Shown here piece by piece: positions 1 to 7,945 of a stretch of 64,000 nucleotides of DNA. Made by a program: the position numbers and the translations under genes. Each line of letters begins with the position of its first letter. The stretch's first letter is position 1. The DNA is from a virus. The stretch is taken from positions 53,771 through 117,770 of IMG/VR virus record IMGVR_UViG_3300009528_000013. The stretch is one strand, 5' to 3'. The notes beneath the pieces were generated by a model, which saw only the letters and a program-made list of their open reading frames with translations, was not told where the DNA came from and ran no database searches.

Positions 1-1
1 T

Positions 2-535
2 GAGCCGATAGTCGTTGAAATTTGGGTTGAAAAAAAGGAGCCGGATTATTTTTCGATTGCAATTAAGATCGGTCAGACTGTCAATTTGTTAATCGAGAAA
101 GCTTTCACGAAGGCGATGGATTTGTTGTGGAGAGTGCCCCCCGAAGAAATGAAAAACTGGGTCCCCGGCTATCGCCGGAGCGCAGAATTCGATAGTGGTG
201 TTCTTAAAATGGAGACTGTGCCGGATGAGCTACGCAAAGGGCGATTTGTCTGGTTTGTCACCGATGAGCCCGAGATAGATGTTGAAAAAATGAATAAGCA
301 ACTTAGCATTGAGAAGATGAAGCACCCCTTTCCGAAGCTCACCAACAAAAAGGTCTCCGATCTTGAGGAGGGCGAGGGTACGTATCCGCGAAAAGGTGGA
401 AGATTACGGGGCGTTAGCGTCGGCAGAGATGAGGATGGGTACTACGTTTTCACACATCGGTCGCGATCGAAATCGTATCCTTCTGTGAAAGATATTCCCG
501 ATAGGGTGGTTCAGCAGGTCGAATCCACTGGTTAA
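2..535 (+). CDS. 5'-truncated head-region protein, C-terminal part (uncharacterised)
   Basis: Frame of ORF 86..535 is open back to base 2 (EPIVVEIWVEKKEPDY...); ends GVSVGRDEDGYYVFTHRSRSKSYP...VESTG; directly upstream of the head polyprotein. Confidence 0.7.
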   Translation, partial: EPIVVEIWVEKKEPDYFSIAIKIGQTVNLLIEKAFTKAMDLLWRVPPEEMKNWVPGYRRSAEFDSGVLKMETVPDELRKGRFVWFVTDEPEIDVEKMNKQLSIEKMKHPFPKLTNKKVSDLEEGEGTYPRKGGRLRGVSVGRDEDGYYVFTHRSRSKSYPSVKDIPDRVVQQVESTG

Positions 536-544
536 GGAGAAGAG

Positions 545-3500
545 ATGGGGAGAGTCAAATATCGAGCCAAAATTCTGAAAATCGAGGGGGACAATGTTCA
601 CTTCTCCATTCCAACTGAAGTTTTCGCACGGACAATTCCCGACTTCGAAGGTTTCGATCTAGCTGACCCCTTAACGCTGAAGGCCGATTTTCTTGACATC
701 GAGAAGATATTCTATTTGGGAAGCAAGGGGAGACTAAAGAATCAATTTGCGAAATTGGTTCCGGAGGATGTCAAAACAATTTTCGATCCAATGTGTGGGA
801 CTGCTCTGTTTTTAGCGGAGATGGCGAAGCAAGGAAAGAGGATCATTGCAAACGATTACTCGACGGCGCCTTTTTATACCGCCCGGGCGATGTTTTTGAA
901 AAATAAGCCGAACGAAGAAGAGTTCAAAGCATTTCTTAAATCTGTAAATGAAGTCGAGGGGTACTATTTTCAAAATGCAAAAAAACTCTTTCCAATCCTG
1001 GCTGGTAGGAAGCATGCTCAGAAGTTTATAGATGGATATATCCTTCGGGCGAGGGAGGCGAAGTTTGGACATTACTATCTTGGAGTGTTGTCTGCCTGCC
1101 TCTTGAATTGGTTTGGGTCGTTTGGCGGACCGTATCGAAAATGGAGTTTTGCAGAATTCAAATCCAAGCTCGGATTTTACGCGAAGCAACTACGTTCTTT
1201 CGAAATCGAGGGGACAGTTACCAATTTAGACGCCTTGACGATGGAGATTCCCTCGGTCGATATGATTTACTTCGATCCACCGTACTCGGAAAAACTGTTC
1301 AAGTACATCACAAAGTTTGGAAAGTTGAATGCGATTCTACTTCAGAAGGATTGGGATAAGAAAGAAGTTACCCAGGATCAGGTACAGGCGCTTGCTGAAA
1401 AGTTGGCCGGGCATTGCAAATATCTCTTTGTTTCGACTAGTCCCGCCTGTCCGATCAAATGGAAAGCGCTTTTTGAAAGAACGAAGCGCCAGGCCAGTCA
1501 GAAACGCTTCGCTCTGACTGGTTCCGGAGCAATCGCAGCCAGCTTACCATCAGCACAGCAGAACAAAAGAAGAATGTCGGAGATCCTCTGGGTCTCCGTT
1601 CGGAAGTCGGAGGGAGAGGAACAAGAAAAAGCAGAGATTGAAAAAGCGAAAGCCGATCCCTTTAGCGTTTACCCCGACGAGAGCGGGGACTACAGTTATA
1701 TGATGCACACTCACGCGAGAGGGCGATCGGTCCACGCGGATTTGCGAATTCAAAGCCTGGGAAAGGAGTTCTTGGTCGGATGGACCCTAATGATTCAAAG
1801 AGAAGGTGCGATCAAAGAACCGATTCTCTCGATGGGCGATTTGAGAAAGATCAATGCCGATTCTACGAAATACTACAAAATCAATTTGCAGACGGGCGAG
1901 TGGGCGGAGAGAGAGAAGAAAAGTACGAAACCAGGAACGACAGTTCGAGTCGAATTGGTTGCGACTCGCAAATCTCCGGAACCGAAAAGTTGGATGACAT
2001 TTGAAGGTGTCGTTAAACCAGGAGTCCTCGGAGCGACGAAGGAATTTCCCGGGGTATTTGTTATTGTCGATCGGGGGAAGGCGGAGTACCTTTCGCAAAA
2101 GCCGTGGCTCCACGAATATTTTTTTGATGGGAAGGTTCTTAAGAAGGGACGATTCTTTTTCCGTCAGCTTCGAGCCTGGAAGACGAAAAAATCTGATGAT
2201 GAGCCCGATCAACAGGAGATTCTCGGCAGCGAAGTGTTGTGGAATCACATAGCGGATCTGAACAGCCGGGCTTTTGCAGTTTTGAAGGGTGAGGGAATGA
2301 CCGATGAGGAGATCCGGCAATGGATCGAACCGCAATTGATTGAGGTCATGAAAGAAATGGGTCTGCCCGCGGAATCGGAAGTTTCAGTCGATGATCCGAT
2401 GGATAGGGGACTGAAAGAAGAAGATATTCTGAAAGCTTTCGTCATTCCGCCCGGCAAGGAAGAAGGTCTGGGTCCAGAGCTCGGGTGGCTTTGTATCAAT
2501 CCCGACGATCAGATTCCTTACGTCCTTTCGAACCGAGCCATCGAGCAGGGTTTCCTTCCACCGCCGACCATTAGTGCGCTTCCGAAGCATTGGAGAAAAC
2601 ACGTTAAGACGGAAGAAGAGTATTGGACGGTGAAGGATAAGCCGAAGGCATTCGAAATGCGAAAGGTTTTGGTCAAAAGATGGAAAGAGGAAGGGATCCT
2701 GAGTAAAGCTCAGAAGGGGGACCGGGATCCTTTTGGGAAATCTGTCGAGAAGGAAGCGCCGGTCGAGGTTCTCTGGGTCGGGTCGAGAAGAGACGAATGG
2801 GAAGCAATCGAGAAAGCTCGTCATCGCCATGACACGTGTATGGAATGCTCTCATAAGCCGGTACTCGAGATTATCTGGGCAAATGGTCACGGGCACGCTT
2901 GGTTCTGCTGGCCTTGCTTTGTGAAGTGGCTTGGGAAGGAGACCAATCCGTGGTCCGGAAAAGGCGATGACGTTGATTATGTGAAGCTCGTCAAAGACGG
3001 CGAGGCAGCGAAAAAATTTGCCGACAATCGGAATCCGAACATTAAAGAGCAACTGGCGGAGTATTTTGCGAGTGAAGAGATCAAAGGTGCTGCTAAAGAG
3101 TTTGAAGTTTTTCTTGAACGACTTAAATCCGAGAAGGATTCCAAACCCGAGTCTGTCGGAGTTTCGAAAGCTGCCGTGACCGAATTTCGATTCACGTATC
3201 AGTTTTGGAAGGGTCCGAAGGTTGTCCGGGAGGGTCCGACACGTGAAAGATTCTTGCTCTGGATCAAAACCGGAGAAAAGTACTTGATTTTTAAGCTGAA
3301 TGATAATATATTAGAGGCTGACGAGACTGGCGGAATGATTCGGGAAGATAATTGGGGCAATGAAGAGTACCGGAAGACTGGCTATGTCAAGCCCGGGACT
3401 CCCCTGAATCCGACGACGGATACTCCATCGTTCATTCGACTTTTGGGTTCTGGGAAAGCGATTATGCTGATCGACAAGCCTGAGTTGAAAAAGATTCAGT

Positions 3501-3598
3501 TTAAGGGCAAGAAACTGAAAGGAGTGTTTCTCTTTAAGCGTGCGGAGGATCATTGGTACGTCGAGAGAACGCCAGCAGAGCCTGGCGGTGAGACTTGA
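545..3598 (+). CDS. Multidomain head-region protein: D12-class DNA adenine methyltransferase, LigD 3'-phosphoesterase-like domain, Cys/His Zn-finger-like domain, second degenerate phosphoesterase-like domain
   Basis: YLGSKGRL, FDPMCGT (motif I) and IYFDPPY (motif IV); HTHARGRSVHADLR...GWTL...FEGVVKPG...G resembles the LigD PE domain; CMEC...HAWFCWPC; C-terminal PGTPLNPT...FKGKKLKGVF. Confidence 0.8.
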   Translation: MGRVKYRAKILKIEGDNVHFSIPTEVFARTIPDFEGFDLADPLTLKADFLDIEKIFYLGSKGRLKNQFAKLVPEDVKTIFDPMCGTALFLAEMAKQGKRIIANDYSTAPFYTARAMFLKNKPNEEEFKAFLKSVNEVEGYYFQNAKKLFPILAGRKHAQKFIDGYILRAREAKFGHYYLGVLSACLLNWFGSFGGPYRKWSFAEFKSKLGFYAKQLRSFEIEGTVTNLDALTMEIPSVDMIYFDPPYSEKLFKYITKFGKLNAILLQKDWDKKEVTQDQVQALAEKLAGHCKYLFVSTSPACPIKWKALFERTKRQASQKRFALTGSGAIAASLPSAQQNKRRMSEILWVSVRKSEGEEQEKAEIEKAKADPFSVYPDESGDYSYMMHTHARGRSVHADLRIQSLGKEFLVGWTLMIQREGAIKEPILSMGDLRKINADSTKYYKINLQTGEWAEREKKSTKPGTTVRVELVATRKSPEPKSWMTFEGVVKPGVLGATKEFPGVFVIVDRGKAEYLSQKPWLHEYFFDGKVLKKGRFFFRQLRAWKTKKSDDEPDQQEILGSEVLWNHIADLNSRAFAVLKGEGMTDEEIRQWIEPQLIEVMKEMGLPAESEVSVDDPMDRGLKEEDILKAFVIPPGKEEGLGPELGWLCINPDDQIPYVLSNRAIEQGFLPPPTISALPKHWRKHVKTEEEYWTVKDKPKAFEMRKVLVKRWKEEGILSKAQKGDRDPFGKSVEKEAPVEVLWVGSRRDEWEAIEKARHRHDTCMECSHKPVLEIIWANGHGHAWFCWPCFVKWLGKETNPWSGKGDDVDYVKLVKDGEAAKKFADNRNPNIKEQLAEYFASEEIKGAAKEFEVFLERLKSEKDSKPESVGVSKAAVTEFRFTYQFWKGPKVVREGPTRERFLLWIKTGEKYLIFKLNDNILEADETGGMIREDNWGNEEYRKTGYVKPGTPLNPTTDTPSFIRLLGSGKAIMLIDKPELKKIQFKGKKLKGVFLFKRAEDHWYVERTPAEPGGET

Positions 3599-3611
3599 GG
3601 AGGTTTTGAGA

Positions 3612-5033
3612 GTGGACAAGAAGCTGATTCAGAAAAACTTATCGTTTAAGGACCCGATTCAGAAGGACCACTACAAGGAGTACGAAAAAGAAGGAAAGTG
3701 GTACGTCGAAGCCCTTGCTTCGACCGATGAAATCGACAGTGAAAACTTTAGGATGACTAAGCCTGCTTTGGAGGACTTGGTTAGGGATGCTCGCGTCTTA
3801 ACCACTGTTCTCCATAATCATCTGAAAGATGAAGAGATCGGAGCAATCGAGGAGGCAAAGGTCGTCTTGGTTCAAAAAGAACCGGAGATTTGGGGTGCAT
3901 GGCTTAAAATTCTGATTTCGAAGACTGTTCCTGATATCTGGCAGAAGATCAAAGAGAAGGTTCTGAATAAGCTTTCGATCAAGGGGATAGCTGAGTCGCG
4001 CTCGACGCAGGACAAACGCCGAGGGATTATCGAGGAGGCAATTGCTTACGAAGGTGCCGAGGTCTCGATAGTTTCAGTCCCGACGCTGAAGACTGCTGAA
4101 ATCCTGTCTTACTATGTCGAGAAAATGAAGAGGAACGGAGGAGGACTTCCAATGGAAATCAAGGATCTGGAGAAGATCGGCTTAGGTCCTGCGAAAGAGG
4201 CGATCCGGGATCTGCTTGGGCTCACGGCAGAGGATGAGCAATGGGGCAATATCGAGAAGATCATGGATCTGATCGAGGTCGAGGTCAAGAAAGACGAGGG
4301 CGGTGGCGAGGAGGAGGTTGAGAACGACCTGAAGAGTCAGATCGGGAAGGTTCTGACTGCCCTGAAGAATCTGCGTGGCCAAGTGGAAGGGGGTACCCAG
4401 AAGCTCGTTGACGACGTGATCGCCTTGGTCGAAGCTGTGGAAACAAAATATCCTGCCCCACAGCAGAAGTCGAAAGAGGAAGAGGACGCTGTGAGGATAG
4501 CCGCGGAGAAGGCCATAAAGGATGCAAAGGACGCCGCACTTCAGAAGTCCAGGGAGATCGCTGCGGGGATGACAGAAGGCCTGGAGAAGCAAATCGCCGA
4601 TCTTCCCGAAGCAGATCGTGGCCCTCTCACTGCTGTTCTCAATACGCTGAAGGAGCTTTCAAAAGCGGTTGAGAAGGGAGAGGGAGAGAAGAAGGAGAAG
4701 GGGAAAGGGGGGGAGGAGAAGAAAAAGTCCACCGACGAGGTCGTCAATGCCATCGAGGAGACTCTGCAGGAGGTTCAAAAGAGCGTTAAGGACGCCGCCT
4801 CCCAGATCGAGAGCGATCGGCTCGTTGAGATGGCCGAGCAGGTGGTCACAATGAAGACGGAAGTGGAAAAACTTTCGCAAGTAATGTCAAAGCTTCCCAT
4901 TCGAAAGGGTTTGACGAGAGAAGGGGAGCGGCGAGATCAGGAGAAGAAGCCTTTCACCGAGGATAAGGCGTATCAGGACTTGGAGCCTCGGGATAAGCTC
5001 GGGTTCCTGTTTGGGAAGTTGGAGGGGAAGTAG
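3612..5033 (+). CDS. HK97-type prohead protease fused to coiled-coil scaffold
   Basis: GAGGAGG SD then GTG at 3612; VLHNH, LSIKG and EVSIVSVP motifs; long E/K-rich helical C-terminus; directly before the capsid gene. Confidence 0.85.
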   Translation: MDKKLIQKNLSFKDPIQKDHYKEYEKEGKWYVEALASTDEIDSENFRMTKPALEDLVRDARVLTTVLHNHLKDEEIGAIEEAKVVLVQKEPEIWGAWLKILISKTVPDIWQKIKEKVLNKLSIKGIAESRSTQDKRRGIIEEAIAYEGAEVSIVSVPTLKTAEILSYYVEKMKRNGGGLPMEIKDLEKIGLGPAKEAIRDLLGLTAEDEQWGNIEKIMDLIEVEVKKDEGGGEEEVENDLKSQIGKVLTALKNLRGQVEGGTQKLVDDVIALVEAVETKYPAPQQKSKEEEDAVRIAAEKAIKDAKDAALQKSREIAAGMTEGLEKQIADLPEADRGPLTAVLNTLKELSKAVEKGEGEKKEKGKGGEEKKKSTDEVVNAIEETLQEVQKSVKDAASQIESDRLVEMAEQVVTMKTEVEKLSQVMSKLPIRKGLTREGERRDQEKKPFTEDKAYQDLEPRDKLGFLFGKLEGK

Positions 5034-5108
5034 CGCGGATATGCGTTTCTCCCCGTCAGTCAGTTATTTTCAGAAGTAACTCACAACAATCGATAGGAGT
5101 CTGGTGAG

Positions 5109-6254
5109 ATGGATCAGATCGAGAAAGCGTTGAAGTTAAGCGATGTCGATGTCTTGGTTCCAAAAGAGATCGACAGGGTGATCCAACACCTGGCAACATT
5201 CGACAATCCGATTCGCGCGAACATGCCCAGACGGACAGGTTCGGGCAAATCCTGGATTCTCGTGCAGAGGACTCCTGCTACTGACAATAAGATTGCCTTC
5301 TACAGCCCCGATACGAAGACATTTACCACCGGCGGAAAGGGCACCTACGCCGATCAGGAATTCACGTATCGGACCATTGGCGTCAACGGTGAGATCATGC
5401 GTACCGCAGTTCTCGCCACCAAGGATCAGCTTGATCTGAAGACCGAGGAGATTGAACAGAGGATTCTGGAGTTCAAGAACAAGGAAGAGTGGTGCATGAT
5501 CTGGGCGAAGCATTTCGCGGCTCCGAACGAGAATTACGAGTACGACGGGATCGACACGTTGATCACCGACGCTCGGACTCTTCGGATAGCGAATACCGCG
5601 GTCGGGGCGGCACTCACTCTCGCCAAGATGGATGAGTTCATCGACAAGTGCGCACCGTTTAAGCCGAAGATGCTGATTATGTCGTTGGCTGCTCGGCGTC
5701 AGTTGTCGAGCGCACTTCAGCCGCAGCAGATGTTCCTGGACATGATGGACGTGAAGGGCGGATTCCGGGTACCCTCGTACCTCGAAATTCCGATCTTTAC
5801 CTCTTCGAATGTCCCGGATACGATCGGTCTCAATGCTGATGGGTACGCCGCGCAACGGTTGGTGTCAACCTACGTCTCCGGGACTCAGTTCACCATTGTC
5901 GGTGATGTGAGTCTGGACTATAAGGTTGGGGCCACGGTCAACATGGATTGCGGGGCAGACGGCATCATCGCCGCTACCATCTCGGTTGTCTCTTATTCAT
6001 CGCCGAATACGACGGTGACTATCAGCGCGTCACTCGCAACGACCAATCTGTTGACCACGATCATCACCGGATCTACGACGACTCTCTTCGCGCTTAACTG
6101 GGATTTTCTGTGGGTCGGTGAGCGCCAGAAGCTGACGTATGAAGAGATCAAGCTTTCGAGTCAGTACACGAGTTTCGACATCTTCGAGGACGTTACCGTC
6201 GTGTTGTCGAATCCTCTGCCTCAAGCCAAGCTGACCGGAGTTAAGATCGGCTAA
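5109..6254 (+). CDS. Major capsid protein (HK97 fold)
   Basis: Position after protease/scaffold; 381 aa; VPKEIDRVI...NPIRANMPR, EEWCMIW...YDGIDTLI pattern of HK97-fold capsids. Confidence 0.85.
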   Translation: MDQIEKALKLSDVDVLVPKEIDRVIQHLATFDNPIRANMPRRTGSGKSWILVQRTPATDNKIAFYSPDTKTFTTGGKGTYADQEFTYRTIGVNGEIMRTAVLATKDQLDLKTEEIEQRILEFKNKEEWCMIWAKHFAAPNENYEYDGIDTLITDARTLRIANTAVGAALTLAKMDEFIDKCAPFKPKMLIMSLAARRQLSSALQPQQMFLDMMDVKGGFRVPSYLEIPIFTSSNVPDTIGLNADGYAAQRLVSTYVSGTQFTIVGDVSLDYKVGATVNMDCGADGIIAATISVVSYSSPNTTVTISASLATTNLLTTIITGSTTTLFALNWDFLWVGERQKLTYEEIKLSSQYTSFDIFEDVTVVLSNPLPQAKLTGVKIG

Positions 6255-6275
6255 GCGCAGGTCCTGAATTTTACT

Positions 6276-6319
6276 GAAGAGACGTTTTGGAAGACGAAAC
6301 TTCTACGAGTCTCTTCTTT
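6276..6319 (+). terminator. Stem-loop after the capsid gene (putative terminator/attenuator or mRNA stabiliser)
   Basis: GAAGAGAC (6276-6283) pairs with GTCTCTTC (6309-6316), inner GAAG/CTTC stem, followed by TTT. Confidence 0.5.
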
Positions 6320-6333
6320 GTGGAGGATTTGAG

Positions 6334-6807
6334 ATGAGAATGTATTCTGAGAAGTTTTCAAAGATCGCCTGGTTTCAGATTTGGACTTACGATGAAGTCG
6401 TAACTGTCGAGAAAGGTTATGCCAAGGTTACTCATCCGAATTCGATCATCGCTCTGAAAACGCCTCGGAAGGGGAGTTTCGTGGAAGTGCCGGAAGTACC
6501 GGAAGTCCTGCCGGACGCTGAAAACACCGAAGTTGAGACGGCTGAGACCGAGACGATTGAAGTCGAGACGGCTGAGACCGAGACGGCTGAAGTCGAGACG
6601 ATTGAAGTCGAGACGATTGAAGTCGAGACGGCTGAAGGGGAGACGCCAAGTCCCATGACATTTGAGTTGGATGAGTCGCCCGAAGAGAAAAGTGATGATC
6701 AGAGTCAAGCCGAACCTCCGACCGAGGAGACCGCCTTGACCGTAGAGGATGTCGAGGTACTGGTAACGAGGTCGGGACGCCCCGGGCGAAAGAAAAGGAA
6801 GAGGTAA
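6334..6807 (+). CDS. Acidic, Thr-rich repeat protein with basic C-terminal tail (possible head accessory protein)
   Basis: GGAGG SD; EVETA/ETETI pentapeptide repeats; ends RSGRPGRKKRKR. Confidence 0.7.
   Translation: MRMYSEKFSKIAWFQIWTYDEVVTVEKGYAKVTHPNSIIALKTPRKGSFVEVPEVPEVLPDAENTEVETAETETIEVETAETETAEVETIEVETIEVETAEGETPSPMTFELDESPEEKSDDQSQAEPPTEETALTVEDVEVLVTRSGRPGRKKRKR
6529..6648 (+). repeat. In-frame 15-bp tandem repeat, 8 degenerate units (E-[VTG]-E-T-[AIP])
   Basis: Units such as GAAGTCGAGACGGCT, GAGACCGAGACGATT and GAAGTCGAGACGATT. Confidence 0.9.
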
Positions 6808-6819
6808 GCGGAGGCGGTA

Positions 6820-7353
6820 ATGGCGATTGTATCTCTTGAAGAGGTCATTCAATTCCTAAATATGACAGAGAGCTTCAAATTGACGATGGTTACTGAAGCG
6901 ATCAATGAACTGATCCCAGATCTTTGCGGAAGAGTTTTCGATTTAGCTACTTACACCGAGAAAATCTTCTTGCGCTTTCCGAATCTCGTTCTACGTCTCA
7001 GTAACTATCCGGTTGTTTCCATAACATCTTTGACGAATAAGGCCGGAACTACTGTCACACCACTCGATGAAGATCTTGCGGCGGGACTGGTGATGTTGCA
7101 AACGGACTACTGGGATGGTATTAGTTCCGATGCGACTATTCCGACAGATATTTTCGACATAACATATCCTGCGGGGTATACTACTATCCCAAAGATGTTG
7201 AAGATCGCTGCCTTTGCCATTATCGAAGATCGGATGGAGATCGGCGATACCAGCATCACGAAACAGAAATTGGACGATCGTTCCTTCGAGCGTAAGCGTG
7301 CATTGCCTCCGCTCGCCATAGAGATTTTGGTACGGTACGGCATGGTGATTTGA
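6820..7353 (+). CDS. Head-tail connector/adaptor protein (gp6/gp15-like)
   Basis: VSLEEVIQFL...ITYPAGYTTIPKMLKIAAFAII pattern; canonical position. Confidence 0.75.
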   Translation: MAIVSLEEVIQFLNMTESFKLTMVTEAINELIPDLCGRVFDLATYTEKIFLRFPNLVLRLSNYPVVSITSLTNKAGTTVTPLDEDLAAGLVMLQTDYWDGISSDATIPTDIFDITYPAGYTTIPKMLKIAAFAIIEDRMEIGDTSITKQKLDDRSFERKRALPPLAIEILVRYGMVI

Positions 7354-7354
7354 A

Positions 7355-7942
7355 ATGCTGAAGCCCTTTTTTAAGACAAAGATCACGCTTCTCCATCGCC
7401 GCTTCGAAATTTACGACGGCCCAGTCCAAAGCACCCTCCCATTTTCAGCGATACCAGCCGGTTCTTGTCTTGCCTTCACGTTGTCAGAAGCGAAGACCTT
7501 GACATTCGATATAACCGGAAAAAAGAATTCGACACCTGTTTCCGAATCGGTTGCCCTCACAGCAGAAGTTGAGAACCGGGGCTTCCAGCTATTCGATACC
7601 TTAGATTCGATTGCAGCGACTGGCGATTTGGGTGGAAACGTTAAAGTATATCCTTTGCGGGGAGATGGTTCTCCGGCCACCGGATCCGAAACCGGAGAAG
7701 ATATTTTGGTGGATAAGTCTGCCGATCCTTATACAATTTCCGTCGAGGTCCCGGGCGAAGCCCGCGCGCTACGTCAACGGTTTAAGTATTTTTTTCCAAA
7801 TAGGGATGATATTGTAGAGGGACTTGAATTTTTAGATAGTGGAGTGAAATATAAAGTTGAATCGGTTGTTCCGATCAGGGGCTTTCCGAATTTCGTTTCG
7901 CATTTGAAAGTGGTGGTCAGCCGGGAACCTTACGAACTCTGA
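7355..7942 (+). CDS. Putative head-closure protein with inserted beta domain
   Basis: Position after adaptor; C-terminal DIVEG...GVKYKVESV...SHLKVVV resembles head-closure proteins. Confidence 0.5.
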   Translation: MLKPFFKTKITLLHRRFEIYDGPVQSTLPFSAIPAGSCLAFTLSEAKTLTFDITGKKNSTPVSESVALTAEVENRGFQLFDTLDSIAATGDLGGNVKVYPLRGDGSPATGSETGEDILVDKSADPYTISVEVPGEARALRQRFKYFFPNRDDIVEGLEFLDSGVKYKVESVVPIRGFPNFVSHLKVVVSREPYEL

Positions 7943-7945
7943 GGT

